Positions 10,036 through 19,544 of a stretch of 64,000 bases of DNA are shown here, piece after piece. The number at the start of each line of letters is the position of its first letter. Within the stretch, counting starts at the first letter, position 1. The notes under the pieces are model-generated. The model ran no database searches. It saw only the letters and a list, made by a program, of their open reading frames with translations, and had not been told where the DNA came from. This stretch comes from a virus. The stretch is from positions 54,539-118,538 of IMG/VR virus record IMGVR_UViG_3300030060_004050; one strand, given 5' to 3'. The position numbers and the translations under genes are program-made.

Positions 10036-10575
10036 ATGCATAGATTTCAACCCGGAGACGACAACCCAGTTCTAAACGATAAACTTCTTCGTGAAGCGTT
10101 TGAAGCAGGTCGTCTTGACGCTCTAAATGAGCAAATGGGAGGCGGTGGTAATCAATTTGCTGCTGGAGGTATGCCGACGCCTGGTGCTGCTAGACAATTA
10201 GGATCTAGAGCAATGGCTGATGCAATGTACGGAACCGACTCTGATATTCAAAACTACACTGGTTACGGACCAGGTCCAATGGAAAGAGGAGAACGACCAT
10301 TCGGTGGTAGAATGGGATCTGCAAGTGGAAAAGGCCCGGTGGATATGCAGGCAGGTAAAATTCCACCCGGACCAGGAACTCGCCCCGGTGGTGTTTACGA
10401 TCCACAGGACGGTACTCCCCCACAGGAAGTAGTTCCAGAGTGTCCATTCCCAATGCCAAAGGGATCCGATTATAAGTGGGTTAACGGTCAATGGATGGTA
10501 ATAGGACCTAATGGATATCCATACTACTACTACGCTTATCCGCCAGGGCGATGGATGCCTGTAATGGCTATGTGA
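10036..10575 (+). CDS. Pro/Gly/aromatic-rich hypothetical protein, probable internal head protein
   Basis: Leader ending LREAFE...ALNEQ, then low-complexity P/G/M tract and a WMVIGPNGYPYYYY module. Confidence 0.55.
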   Translation: MHRFQPGDDNPVLNDKLLREAFEAGRLDALNEQMGGGGNQFAAGGMPTPGAARQLGSRAMADAMYGTDSDIQNYTGYGPGPMERGERPFGGRMGSASGKGPVDMQAGKIPPGPGTRPGGVYDPQDGTPPQEVVPECPFPMPKGSDYKWVNGQWMVIGPNGYPYYYYAYPPGRWMPVMAM

Positions 10576-10601
10576 TGAACCTCACATTAAAACAAATAAA
10601 G

Positions 10602-10630
10602 AAGCACTCCTCTCGGGGAGTGCTTTTTTT
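10602..10630 (+). terminator. Intrinsic terminator
   Basis: AAGCACTCC-N6-GGAGTGCTT stem followed by a T run. Confidence 0.85.
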
Positions 10631-10637
10631 ATAAATA
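10630..10637 (+). promoter_or_regulatory. T4-type late promoter TATAAATA (g3)
   Basis: Exact consensus followed by AGGAG and the ATG of g3. Confidence 0.85.
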
Positions 10638-10653
10638 GAGTAGGAGAATACAC

Positions 10654-11190
10654 ATGACAACTGATCTTCCAGGTCTGTCTTCTAAAGTTTCACAAGACAT
10701 CACGGCAAGGCAACCTTCAAACACAAACTATATTCAGAACACAGGGTTCTTCTTTAGCATTCAAAGACTCCCCTCTGTTCAATTCTTTTGTCAGGAAGTA
10801 AATCTACCAGCAGTCAACTTTGGTGAGATCATTCAACCCACTCGGTTTATTAATGTAAAGCATCCCGCAACTAAACTAAGTTTTGATAATCTAGAAGTCA
10901 CCTTTGTAGTAGACGAAGATATGAAAAACTGGAGGGAAGTCTTTGATTGGTTAAAAACCATCGTACCCATCGAAGATACCGTCGAACAGATTCCAGCAGA
11001 CGATCACTTCTGTGACGCGACTCTAACGCTCCTGAACAGTGCAATGAACGAGAACTTAAGAGTTACATTCAAGAACTGCTTTCCCACTGCACTAACTGGA
11101 CTTCAGTTCATTACCACACCAGGCGAGACTGAACCTCAAACGGCAACTATGACCTTGACATTTGATACATATGAAATAGAAAAGGTATGA
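10654..11190 (+). CDS. g3: Tail completion / tube terminator protein
   Basis: FFFSIQRLPSVQFFCQEVNLP, FVVDEDMKNW, FKNCFPTALTGL motifs; position between g23 and uvsY. Confidence 0.85.
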   Translation: MTTDLPGLSSKVSQDITARQPSNTNYIQNTGFFFSIQRLPSVQFFCQEVNLPAVNFGEIIQPTRFINVKHPATKLSFDNLEVTFVVDEDMKNWREVFDWLKTIVPIEDTVEQIPADDHFCDATLTLLNSAMNENLRVTFKNCFPTALTGLQFITTPGETEPQTATMTLTFDTYEIEKV

Positions 11191-11194
11191 TTAA

Positions 11195-11746
11195 ATGAAC
11201 CTATACGAAAAATACAATTGGTTATTTAATGAATCTTCTAAACCCATTCCGGGTTTGATAAAAAGATACTATGATCAATACCAAGATGGAACCCCCGTTC
11301 CCGATGGATTTGTATATGATTGGAATAGAGATCAGAGTGTAAAAGTTCCATCTCAAGAAGAAGAGGAAGATGGGGGTGATGTGGAGGTTCCGAACATTCC
11401 ATACGGAGAATGGCTTGCTGAGAAACCGTTTGATTATAACAGAGACGGAGTAGTAGATGAAAACGATTATAAAATCTGGTCATTGAATCAATATGGATAC
11501 AGTATAATTGATCTTGTTTTAATGTTCCCAGACTGGTTCCCAAATGTAATCTACTATGATCCATCTATGGGTAGAGATGTTTTCCCGGTGCAAACTCCCA
11601 ATGGAATTCAAATAGTAATGGCTCCATTTAATAATAACGAAGCAGGGTATTATGTAATAGGACAGGATGGGTCCTTAATTCCACTTGAAGAGTACTTTGC
11701 TCCATTCCAATATGAGTTAGATGTAGAAGAGGCAGGACAACCATGA
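11195..11746 (+). CDS. Acidic hypothetical protein with capsid-targeting-like leader and EF-hand/dockerin-like loop
   Basis: MNLYEKYNWLFNES leader; DYNRDGVVDENDY. Confidence 0.6.
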   Translation: MNLYEKYNWLFNESSKPIPGLIKRYYDQYQDGTPVPDGFVYDWNRDQSVKVPSQEEEEDGGDVEVPNIPYGEWLAEKPFDYNRDGVVDENDYKIWSLNQYGYSIIDLVLMFPDWFPNVIYYDPSMGRDVFPVQTPNGIQIVMAPFNNNEAGYYVIGQDGSLIPLEEYFAPFQYELDVEEAGQP

Positions 11747-12093
11747 CAGAATACGAAGATTTCGATTTTGGATTCACTACAGTAGACGCCGATGATGTCG
11801 AGGGTGGTGAAGATAGAGTTACTGAAACACAGATCGCTAACGAAGTGGCGTCTGAGGTTTCCGATTCTATTTTAAGTAGAATGGAAGAACTTGAAGGTAA
11901 GATTGAAGATATTCGTGATTGTGTGCAAACAAGTCAACAAACGAAAAACAAAATGGAAGAGGTTGAAAATCTCGTTCTTCCCCTCTTGTATAATCTTTTA
12001 AAGAACCCAGAACGAGAATACATCTGTTGGCCTAACAGAACAGAAGTAATCCAAAAACAGATTGACAAAATTTTGTCGGTAACTAGAGAATAG
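11743..12093 (+). CDS. Conserved T4-like hypothetical protein
   Basis: DFDFGFTTVD and LPLLYNLLKNPEREYICWPNR pattern recalled from T4-like phages; ATGA overlap. Confidence 0.7.
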   Translation: MTEYEDFDFGFTTVDADDVEGGEDRVTETQIANEVASEVSDSILSRMEELEGKIEDIRDCVQTSQQTKNKMEEVENLVLPLLYNLLKNPEREYICWPNRTEVIQKQIDKILSVTRE

Positions 12094-12095
12094 AC

Positions 12096-12524
12096 ATGTC
12101 AGAATTTAAACAGTATCTAAGAGAATCATTACGGTTACACGAAGCAATTGGTATTCCGGGCCCCGGTGTAATAGCACCCATGATCCTACCGCTCATCAAA
12201 CCAGATGGAGGACAGGAGGCAGAACCAGAAGTGCCTCAGAATGATCCACCTGTAGAAGTAATGCCTTGGTGGCAAGATCCAGGCGCAAAAGACGGTAGAC
12301 CACATCTACCGACAGATTTTCCAGAGGACGGAGAAGGAACTTGGGTTATAGGTGAAGGTTTTGGATACTATATGTACACATTCACCATGAATGGTAGAAC
12401 ATATACAATATACTTCGATCCTGTCACACAAACTTGGTCCACATATCCGCCTGGAAGAAAACCTCAATTCGACTTCGATCCTCCACTACAAACATTCCCC
12501 CCAGATCCAACAGATATCGTTTGA
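12096..12524 (+). CDS. Pro-rich hypothetical protein with capsid-targeting-like leader
   Basis: MSEFKQYLRESLRLHE leader; YFDPVTQTW module. Confidence 0.6.
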   Translation: MSEFKQYLRESLRLHEAIGIPGPGVIAPMILPLIKPDGGQEAEPEVPQNDPPVEVMPWWQDPGAKDGRPHLPTDFPEDGEGTWVIGEGFGYYMYTFTMNGRTYTIYFDPVTQTWSTYPPGRKPQFDFDPPLQTFPPDPTDIV

Positions 12525-12548
12525 CTTCTGATTTATTTGTGATATACT
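12521..12548 (+). promoter_or_regulatory. Sigma70-like promoter TTGACT-N16-TATACT (extended -10), predicted leaderless, uvsY
   Basis: TTGACT 12521-12526, TGTGA-TATACT 12543-12548; ATG 6 nt later. Confidence 0.8.
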
Positions 12549-12554
12549 TTATGC

Positions 12555-12989
12555 ATGGATATTAGAGACATACAAAAACTAGTGGCAGAAGATATGCCTA
12601 TCGACGATACCGAACTGGATATCGAGTCGATGAACATTCCCCAACTCCACAGCAAGTATCTCAACATTTACATGGATGAGAAACTTGTTCTACAAAAACT
12701 CAACAGCGACTACTATAGGCTGAAGAAGGTAAAGTGGGAATACTATACAGGCAAACTCGATCAAGAACAACTCGATGATTATGGTTGGGAACCTTTTCAA
12801 CTAAAGATTCTCAAACAGGACATCGATCTGTATATGGATTCCGACGAGGATCTACAAAAAATCCTAAACAGAGTTGCATATCAGAAGGAAAAGGTAAACT
12901 ACCTAGATTCCGTTCTGAAGTCTATCAACAACAGGCAGTGGAACATCAAGGGTGCTATTGAATGGAGAAAGTTCATCAATGGACAGTGA
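12555..12989 (+). CDS. uvsY: Recombination mediator UvsY
   Basis: IPQLHSKYL, KWEYYTGK, PFQLKILKQD, INNRQWNIKGAIEWRKF. Confidence 0.93.
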   Translation: MDIRDIQKLVAEDMPIDDTELDIESMNIPQLHSKYLNIYMDEKLVLQKLNSDYYRLKKVKWEYYTGKLDQEQLDDYGWEPFQLKILKQDIDLYMDSDEDLQKILNRVAYQKEKVNYLDSVLKSINNRQWNIKGAIEWRKFINGQ

Positions 12990-13458
12990 GGTTGCAGAGT
13001 TCATAGAAAACGATGCAATGAATCGTATCTACCTGAGACATGCCTATCAATACGCACAGTCTTACAGTAATCACCCAACTAATCAACTTGGAGCAGTGCT
13101 TACACAACCCTCCGTAGGAGTCGTAGGATGGGGCGTGAACGTCTTCGTCGGGACAAATCCAGATATAGAGGGTGGTTGGGAGTTACCAGAGAAAAACGTG
13201 ATTTATAAGTGTGCTTGTAGAGGAATATGCACTGCTGAACTGATTTTATACTGTCCTCAATTCACATCTGATCAGGGTGCTAGAGCCATTATACAGTCCG
13301 GTGTACAAGCAGTGGTGGTACACGATACAGTATGTTCTCTGGAAAACAATGTCGGTGTTCAGATGGTAAGAGACGCAGGACTACTTGTCAAATCTTGGAA
13401 CGGTGAAATCGGTAATAATATATCCGTTCGAATAAATGGAGACACTCTTTCCCCCTAA
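12979..13458 (+). CDS. dCMP deaminase-like protein lacking zinc ligands
   Basis: Fold signatures QLGAVL and ARAIIQSGV..VVVH are present, but HAE reads LPE and CxxC reads SDQG. Confidence 0.7.
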   Translation: MDSEVAEFIENDAMNRIYLRHAYQYAQSYSNHPTNQLGAVLTQPSVGVVGWGVNVFVGTNPDIEGGWELPEKNVIYKCACRGICTAELILYCPQFTSDQGARAIIQSGVQAVVVHDTVCSLENNVGVQMVRDAGLLVKSWNGEIGNNISVRINGDTLSP

Positions 13459-13466
13459 ATAGAGGG

Positions 13467-14978
13467 ATGAGTGAACTTATTATTACAAACATCGATTCTG
13501 TGAATATTCATGTAGAATGTGACAAAAGCACCGCGAAGGAACTTTCGGATTTTTTCACGTTCAAAGTTCCGGGTCATGAGTACATGCCTGCTTTTCGTAA
13601 CAAACTGTGGGATGGACAGATCAAACTATACAACATATACAAGCAAACCATATACAAAGGTTTGTATGATTATGTCATCAAGTTTGCTAGGGATCGAAAG
13701 TATAAAGTAGTCGAACCCGAACCAATCACAGTTCGTAAGTCGATTCAACCAGAACACATTCAAAAATTTATAGACGAACACCTAAAGCCATTTGCTGGTG
13801 GTGAATCTATTACTGCACACCAACACCAAATCGAAGCAGTCACCCACGCAATAAATCATGATCGATGTCTTCTTCTTTCCCCAACGGGATCTGGTAAGAG
13901 CCTTATCATCTATGCACTCGTTCGATACTACTTAGATCGCATTGCACCAGATAAAAAGATTCTTATCATTGTACCCACAACATCGTTGGTACGACAGATG
14001 CTTTCTGATTTTACCGAATACTCATCCGATGATAAATGGAAAGCAGAAAACAACTGCCACTGTGTGTTTGCAGGGAAGGATAAGATCTCGAAGAAGCGAG
14101 TGATCATCTCTACATGGCAAAGCATATACAAGTTAGGAACTGACTACTTCGATAATTTTGAGGCAGTTTTTGGTGATGAGTGTCACTTGTTTAAATCCAA
14201 GTCTCTTACCACCCTAATGACTAAACTTCTCAAGTGTCCATATCGTATTGGAACTACAGGCACTCTTGATGATTCTCTCACACACAAACTTGTAATTGAA
14301 GGATTGTTTGGTAGAGTACAACATGTGACTACCACTAAGAAACTCATGAACAAGGATCTTCTATCTAAATTGAAGATCGACTGCCTATTGTTAAACTACC
14401 CAGAGAAGGTGCGTCTCGAAAACAAGAGAATGAAGTATCAGGACGAGATCGACTGGATTGTAACAAACGAAGATCGAAACAAGTTCATAACCGATCTTGC
14501 AGTAAATCTAAAAGGTAACTCGCTTGTTCTTTTCCAGTACGTTGAGAAGCACGGTAAACCACTACACGAAATGATTAAACAAAAAGCGGGGAACGATAGG
14601 GATGTGTTCTTCGTGTTTGGTGGTACGGACGTTGAACTGCGAGAGAAGATTAGAAAAATTACAGAGACAAAAGATAATGCAATTATTGTTGCATCCTATG
14701 GAACATTTTCCACAGGGATCTCTATCAGAAGACTACATAACATTATCTTTGCCTCACCATCTAAAAGTAGAATCAGAATTTTGCAAAGTATAGGTAGACA
14801 GTTGCGTAAGTCAGAACACAAGGACACAGCAAAACTATACGACATCGCGGATGATATTCATTGGAAGTCATACAAAAACCATACTCTAAACCACTTCGAG
14901 AGAAGAGTTAAAATTTATGAGTCTGAAGGATTTGACTACAAGAAAATATCCCTACATATACAAGGGAACAAAAAATGA
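13467..14978 (+). CDS. uvsW: SF2 DNA helicase UvsW
   Basis: SPTGSGKS Walker A, FGDECH, GTTGT, LQSIGRQLR. Confidence 0.97.
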   Translation: MSELIITNIDSVNIHVECDKSTAKELSDFFTFKVPGHEYMPAFRNKLWDGQIKLYNIYKQTIYKGLYDYVIKFARDRKYKVVEPEPITVRKSIQPEHIQKFIDEHLKPFAGGESITAHQHQIEAVTHAINHDRCLLLSPTGSGKSLIIYALVRYYLDRIAPDKKILIIVPTTSLVRQMLSDFTEYSSDDKWKAENNCHCVFAGKDKISKKRVIISTWQSIYKLGTDYFDNFEAVFGDECHLFKSKSLTTLMTKLLKCPYRIGTTGTLDDSLTHKLVIEGLFGRVQHVTTTKKLMNKDLLSKLKIDCLLLNYPEKVRLENKRMKYQDEIDWIVTNEDRNKFITDLAVNLKGNSLVLFQYVEKHGKPLHEMIKQKAGNDRDVFFVFGGTDVELREKIRKITETKDNAIIVASYGTFSTGISIRRLHNIIFASPSKSRIRILQSIGRQLRKSEHKDTAKLYDIADDIHWKSYKNHTLNHFERRVKIYESEGFDYKKISLHIQGNKK

Positions 14979-15556
14979 ATGATAAAAGTTTGTATCGTAT
15001 CATTAACCTCGACAGCGGCGATAATTTAATCGCTCAGGTTTCTGAGGTAAAAGAAAGTGGAATCACCCTGTATCGTCCTTTCCAAATGAAAGTGATTACA
15101 ATGCTGGACGAGGAAGGTCCAATGTCGATTCAATTTAGAAAAGAGGCATTAATTTTCCGAAACTGGTTAGAATTTTCCACAGATCAAAAGGTAACCATTC
15201 CTAGAAGCAAAGTGATTGCCATGACTCAACCAAACAATATGGTAAGCACCCTGTATGATCAAGAAAAGGAAAAAGAAGACAATCCCAAGTTCATGCAGGA
15301 ACTTATTGAAAAAATGAAAAAGCATAACCTCGAAGAAGAACTCGAAGAGGTCTTGGATGAAGTCGAAGAAGAATTTGATCTAGATCAGGATGAACTTGAT
15401 TCGATTGCGGAAATTTCTGTAGAGATCGATCCGGATGATATCAGAGACATCGTACATAAAATAATAGAGGACGCTAAATCTGATAGGTCCTCTGACGACG
15501 ATGATTCAATTGATGATACCAACTATGATCAAGATAAGGATATGTATGGTTGGTAA
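14975..15556 (+). CDS. Conserved T4-like hypothetical protein (Sm-like N-terminus, acidic tail)
   Basis: YRIINLDSGDNLIA...LYRPF pattern; usual position between uvsW and g55. Confidence 0.65.
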   Translation: MNDKSLYRIINLDSGDNLIAQVSEVKESGITLYRPFQMKVITMLDEEGPMSIQFRKEALIFRNWLEFSTDQKVTIPRSKVIAMTQPNNMVSTLYDQEKEKEDNPKFMQELIEKMKKHNLEEELEEVLDEVEEEFDLDQDELDSIAEISVEIDPDDIRDIVHKIIEDAKSDRSSDDDDSIDDTNYDQDKDMYGW

Positions 15557-15588
15557 TATATTATATCCTTTTGATTCCAGACAAAGAA

Positions 15589-15616
15589 ATTATAACCCCG
15601 AAAAAAAAGTTGTCAA
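15589..15616 (-). promoter_or_regulatory. Antisense sigma70-like promoter TTGACA-N16-TATAAT
   Basis: Both consensus hexamers on the - strand, back to back with the g55 promoter. Confidence 0.65.
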
Positions 15617-15624
15617 GAAATAAT

Positions 15625-15652
15625 TTGACAAATGTGAAAAAAAGAGTATACT
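15625..15652 (+). promoter_or_regulatory. Sigma70-like promoter TTGACA-N16-TATACT, predicted leaderless, g55
   Basis: TTGACA 15625-15630, TATACT 15647-15652; ATG at 15659. Confidence 0.8.
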
Positions 15653-15658
15653 TATATC

Positions 15659-16258
15659 ATGAGTAAAGAAAAAGATACATCAAGTCATTATGTGAACAAC
15701 AAAGAGTTCTTCGAAGCCATGAAAGAGTGGAAGAAGGTAGTTCACGAATGCGAAGAAGCAGACGAACCGAAACCACCAGTCACAGATTATATTGGTGAGT
15801 GTTTCTTGAAGATTGCTGAACACCTTTCATATCGACCTAACTTTATCAACTATGCATACCGAGAAGAAATGGTAGGCGATGGTATTGAAAACTGCTTGAT
15901 GTATGCCAGTAATTTTGATCCTGAAAAGTCAGACAATCCCTTCTCATACTTTACTCAAATTATCTACTACGCCTTTCTTCGACGAATACAGAAAGAGAAG
16001 AAACAGGATTATGTAAAGTATAGGTGTTTCGAAATTATGGATCAAAACGGTGTCATTCCCGAGGACTTCAAAAAGCAAATACAAGAGAGGTTTGATTCAG
16101 CACAGAATCCATACGCAAGTATGATGAAGTTAACAGAAAAAGACATAGAGAACTTTACTCCCAAGAAAAAGAAGAAAAGAAAACAGACAAAGAATGAGTC
16201 GAACAATTTGGATTCAATATTAGAAGAGGATAAGTCTGGTGAAGATAGCAGTAATTAA
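15659..16258 (+). CDS. g55: Late transcription sigma factor
   Basis: HYVNNKEF, YIGECFLKIAEHLSYRPNFINY, NPFSYFTQIIYYAFLRRIQKEKKQ. Confidence 0.97.
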   Translation: MSKEKDTSSHYVNNKEFFEAMKEWKKVVHECEEADEPKPPVTDYIGECFLKIAEHLSYRPNFINYAYREEMVGDGIENCLMYASNFDPEKSDNPFSYFTQIIYYAFLRRIQKEKKQDYVKYRCFEIMDQNGVIPEDFKKQIQERFDSAQNPYASMMKLTEKDIENFTPKKKKKRKQTKNESNNLDSILEEDKSGEDSSN

Positions 16259-17291
16259 TGATACGCACTTTGGTGCTAGAGGTGATTCACAATTATTTTT
16301 CGATCACTTTATGAAGTTTTTTGATGATGTGTTTTTTCCGTACCTCAAAGAAAACAAAATCAAGACAGTAATTCATGCAGGTGATCTTATGGATCGCCGA
16401 AAGTATGTTAACTTTAGTATTCTTAATCAAGTCAGAACCAGATTCATGGATAGACTTCATGCTGATGGTATTGATCTGCATTGTATCCTAGGCAACCATG
16501 ATGTATACTACAGAAATACAAACGAGATTAATTCCATCCGTGAATTGTTTGAGGGTGATCTGAAACTATATGAAAAGCCAGAGGTGGTAAACTTCGACGG
16601 ACTAGATGTTGCATTCTTACCTTGGGTAAACAAGGAGAATGTAGACGAAAGCATTGAGTTTATCAAGACTGCTGCTGCACCTATTCTGTTCGGACACTTA
16701 GAACTTGAAGGATACGAAGTTATTCGCGGGGTAAACTTTAATGGAGGAGGAACTGATCCCGGACTGTTCAGTAGATATGAAAAGGTTTTTTCGGGACATT
16801 TTCATTGTCGTCAAGAAAAGGGAAATGTTTACTACATGGGAACACAGTATCAGATCACGTTTGGTGATTTGAACGAGACGAAGGGATTCCATGTATTCGA
16901 TACAGATACCCGAGACATAAAGTTTATTGAAAATCCATACAAGATGTTCCACACTCTCAAGTATGACGACGCCGATGGACCGATTGATGCAGACAATCTA
17001 ACAGGTCTAGAATATTTGAAGAACTCGTATGTCAAACTGTTTGTTGAAAATAAAAAGCACCCATACGCCTTTGATAGATTTATGGACAAGTTGTATGACA
17101 TAGGCGTCTCAAAGATAACTGTAGTGGAAGATATCGAACAATCTGACTGGACTAAGGAAGAAATACTTGACATGGCTCAAGATACTGTTACTATTATCAA
17201 TAACGAAATAGATTGTATCGAAGAGGTACAAGATAAAAACAGAATGAAACGCCTTATCAAAGACTTGTACATGGAAAGTTTATCCCTATGA
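16239..17291 (+). CDS. g47: Recombination nuclease subunit (Mre11/SbcD-like)
   Basis: DTHFGAR, GDLMDRRK, GNHDVYY, GHLEL, SGHFH phosphoesterase motifs; GTG start. Confidence 0.95.
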   Translation: MKIAVINDTHFGARGDSQLFFDHFMKFFDDVFFPYLKENKIKTVIHAGDLMDRRKYVNFSILNQVRTRFMDRLHADGIDLHCILGNHDVYYRNTNEINSIRELFEGDLKLYEKPEVVNFDGLDVAFLPWVNKENVDESIEFIKTAAAPILFGHLELEGYEVIRGVNFNGGGTDPGLFSRYEKVFSGHFHCRQEKGNVYYMGTQYQITFGDLNETKGFHVFDTDTRDIKFIENPYKMFHTLKYDDADGPIDADNLTGLEYLKNSYVKLFVENKKHPYAFDRFMDKLYDIGVSKITVVEDIEQSDWTKEEILDMAQDTVTIINNEIDCIEEVQDKNRMKRLIKDLYMESLSL

Positions 17292-17845
17292 ATATTTTTG
17301 TTGTAAACAAATCACCCGAAGAATCTGCTAAATCTCTGTGTGACAAGCACATCGTAAAAATGGTTCTAGAATCTGCACAGATGATTTCTACGGCGCATCG
17401 TGTTCTAGATGGATGGCCTTGTGAACGAAGAAATCCGAACGGAAGACTTGTTAAGGATTGGATGTTGGACGATGAACGAGAGGATCTAATCTATAGAGGA
17501 CACCAACCAAACCATCCGTGTACAATCTGGACAAGACAAACCACAGCAAACTATGACTGGCATTGTGAACATGCAATGGAACTTTCAAGAGAGTATACTC
17601 GTCGCTATGACAAGGTACACAAGGTTACACCTATTCTAGAGTACCTATCTAAAAACCAACCCGAAAACCTTCCCGTAGGATCACTTACACCATTTGCACA
17701 AGCAATGCCTGAGATCTACAAAGATCCAGAAAATGCTGTTATTGCATATCGCAACTACTACATCAATACAAAGGCAAGGTTTGCAAAATGGAAGATGGGA
17801 AACATTCCAATATGGTTCAAGGAGTCATGTATTGATAACGTTTGA
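17288..17845 (+). CDS. Pyrimidine-dimer DNA glycosylase / endonuclease V-like protein
   Basis: MNIF...CDKHIVKMVLESAQM, NHPCTIW, AYRNYY pattern of the DenV-like family. Confidence 0.75.
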   Translation: MNIFVVNKSPEESAKSLCDKHIVKMVLESAQMISTAHRVLDGWPCERRNPNGRLVKDWMLDDEREDLIYRGHQPNHPCTIWTRQTTANYDWHCEHAMELSREYTRRYDKVHKVTPILEYLSKNQPENLPVGSLTPFAQAMPEIYKDPENAVIAYRNYYINTKARFAKWKMGNIPIWFKESCIDNV

Positions 17846-19544
17846 AACATTGAGTTGGAAGAACTTTCTTTCAACAGGAAATCATAAAACAACTATTGAT
17901 TTCACTAGACATAATAATACCTTGATCTCAGGAGAAAACGGTGCGGGTAAGTCAACTATGCTTGACGCACTTACTTTCTCTTTGTTTGGTAAATCGTTTC
18001 GTGGTATCAATATACCTCAACTTGTAAACTCCATCAACGAGAAAGAGTGTGAGGTAGAGATTAACTTTAAATTAGGATCCGATGACTATAAGGTGTTTAG
18101 AAGTCTAAAACCAAAGAAGTTTGAAATCTACAAAAATGGTGACTTGCTAGATCAAGATGCAAAAGCAAAAGACTACCAGAAGATTTTAGAAGAGCAGATT
18201 CTAAAAATGTCTTATAAGTCTTTTTGTCAAGTTGTTATTCTTGGTTCATCGAACTATGTTCCGTTCATGCAACTTAGTGCCTCCGACAGAAGACTCGTTG
18301 TTGAAAATCTTCTCGACATCGATGTGTTCTCCGTTATGAATACTCTTGTTCGAGCCAGACTGCAAATGACTAAAGAGTATGTGAAAGACATTGATACTAA
18401 GATTGAGATTACGAAAAACAAAGTAGATGACAAACAAAAACTAATCGAAACCCTAGAAAAGAAATCTAGTGACTCGGTGGAGGAGTATCAAAAAGAAATT
18501 GAACAGTCTAGAGACGCTGTAGAGGCACTAAATGTAGAAATCAAAGAACTCAGAAATGAAATCTGCAAGATGATCCAGACTGTAAAAGATAGAGACTCTG
18601 AACCTAAGTCATTAATTAAAATGGAGTCTCTGGAGTCTCAACTAAAAACAAAGATAAAGACGATTACTAAAAATGCAAAGTTTTACGAAGAAAACGATAC
18701 ATGTCCTACCTGTAAGCAAAACATCCAAGAACACCATAAGAAAAATGTGTGGGACGAAATGCAAAAGGAAAAAGAGGAAATTGAAACTGCTATCTCAGAA
18801 CTGGGTGAGAAAATTGAAAGCAGCGAGAAAAGGTTAACAGAAATTAATCTTGTTCTGGAAAAAATCAGAGGACTAGAGGGAAACATATCCACCAAAGAAA
18901 GCGAGATAAGTGCCTCTAATCAATACATCGATAAGATGCAACGAAGCATCGAGTCTGTAAGTGTAGAAGGAACAGAGATCCAAGAAGCAAAGGATCAACT
19001 CAGTCAGTTTATCGGTGAAGGTAAAGGTCATGTAGAAAAAAGAAAAGATCTCATCGAAGATCGACATTACCTAGACATCGCATCAGTTCTTCTAAAAGAC
19101 AGTGGGATTAAGTCTAAGATCATTAAGCACTACTTACCAATCATGAACAAACTGATTAATAAGTATCTAACGGATATGGACTTCTTCTGTCAGTTTAATC
19201 TAGACGAGAACTTTAACGAGACAATCAAGAGTCGCCATCGTGATGAGTTTTCCTACCACAGTTTCAGTGAAGGTGAACGATTGCGTATCGACCTGTCTTT
19301 GCTTCTTGCATGGCGAGAGATTGCACGACTGAAGAACAGCGTAAATTGCAACTTACTGATTCTTGATGAAGTGTTTGATTCAAGTCTTGACTCTGTTGGC
19401 ACAGAGGAGTTTCTAAAACTATTGACATCATTTGGTAACCGTGCTAATATATTTGTAATCAGTCACAAGTCTGATACAATGACGGACAAGTTTCAGAATC
19501 ACATCGTGTTTGAAAAGAAGAACAATTTTAGTAGGATAAAGTAA
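17832..19544 (+). CDS. g46: Recombination ATPase subunit (Rad50/SbcC-like)
   Basis: WKNFLSTGN, GENGAGKST, CPTC hook, FSEGE signature, LDEVFDSSLD; TTG start at 17832 with AAGGAG upstream. Confidence 0.95.
   Translation: MITFETLSWKNFLSTGNHKTTIDFTRHNNTLISGENGAGKSTMLDALTFSLFGKSFRGINIPQLVNSINEKECEVEINFKLGSDDYKVFRSLKPKKFEIYKNGDLLDQDAKAKDYQKILEEQILKMSYKSFCQVVILGSSNYVPFMQLSASDRRLVVENLLDIDVFSVMNTLVRARLQMTKEYVKDIDTKIEITKNKVDDKQKLIETLEKKSSDSVEEYQKEIEQSRDAVEALNVEIKELRNEICKMIQTVKDRDSEPKSLIKMESLESQLKTKIKTITKNAKFYEENDTCPTCKQNIQEHHKKNVWDEMQKEKEEIETAISELGEKIESSEKRLTEINLVLEKIRGLEGNISTKESEISASNQYIDKMQRSIESVSVEGTEIQEAKDQLSQFIGEGKGHVEKRKDLIEDRHYLDIASVLLKDSGIKSKIIKHYLPIMNKLINKYLTDMDFFCQFNLDENFNETIKSRHRDEFSYHSFSEGERLRIDLSLLLAWREIARLKNSVNCNLLILDEVFDSSLDSVGTEEFLKLLTSFGNRANIFVISHKSDTMTDKFQNHIVFEKKNNFSRIK

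Noticed and set aside
252-10500. Many 60-145 aa antisense and alternative-frame ORFs over g18-g23 (for example 639-899, 1690-1998, 8729-9163)
   Set aside because: They are shadows of strongly codon-biased genes, with no SD, promoter or recognisable motif
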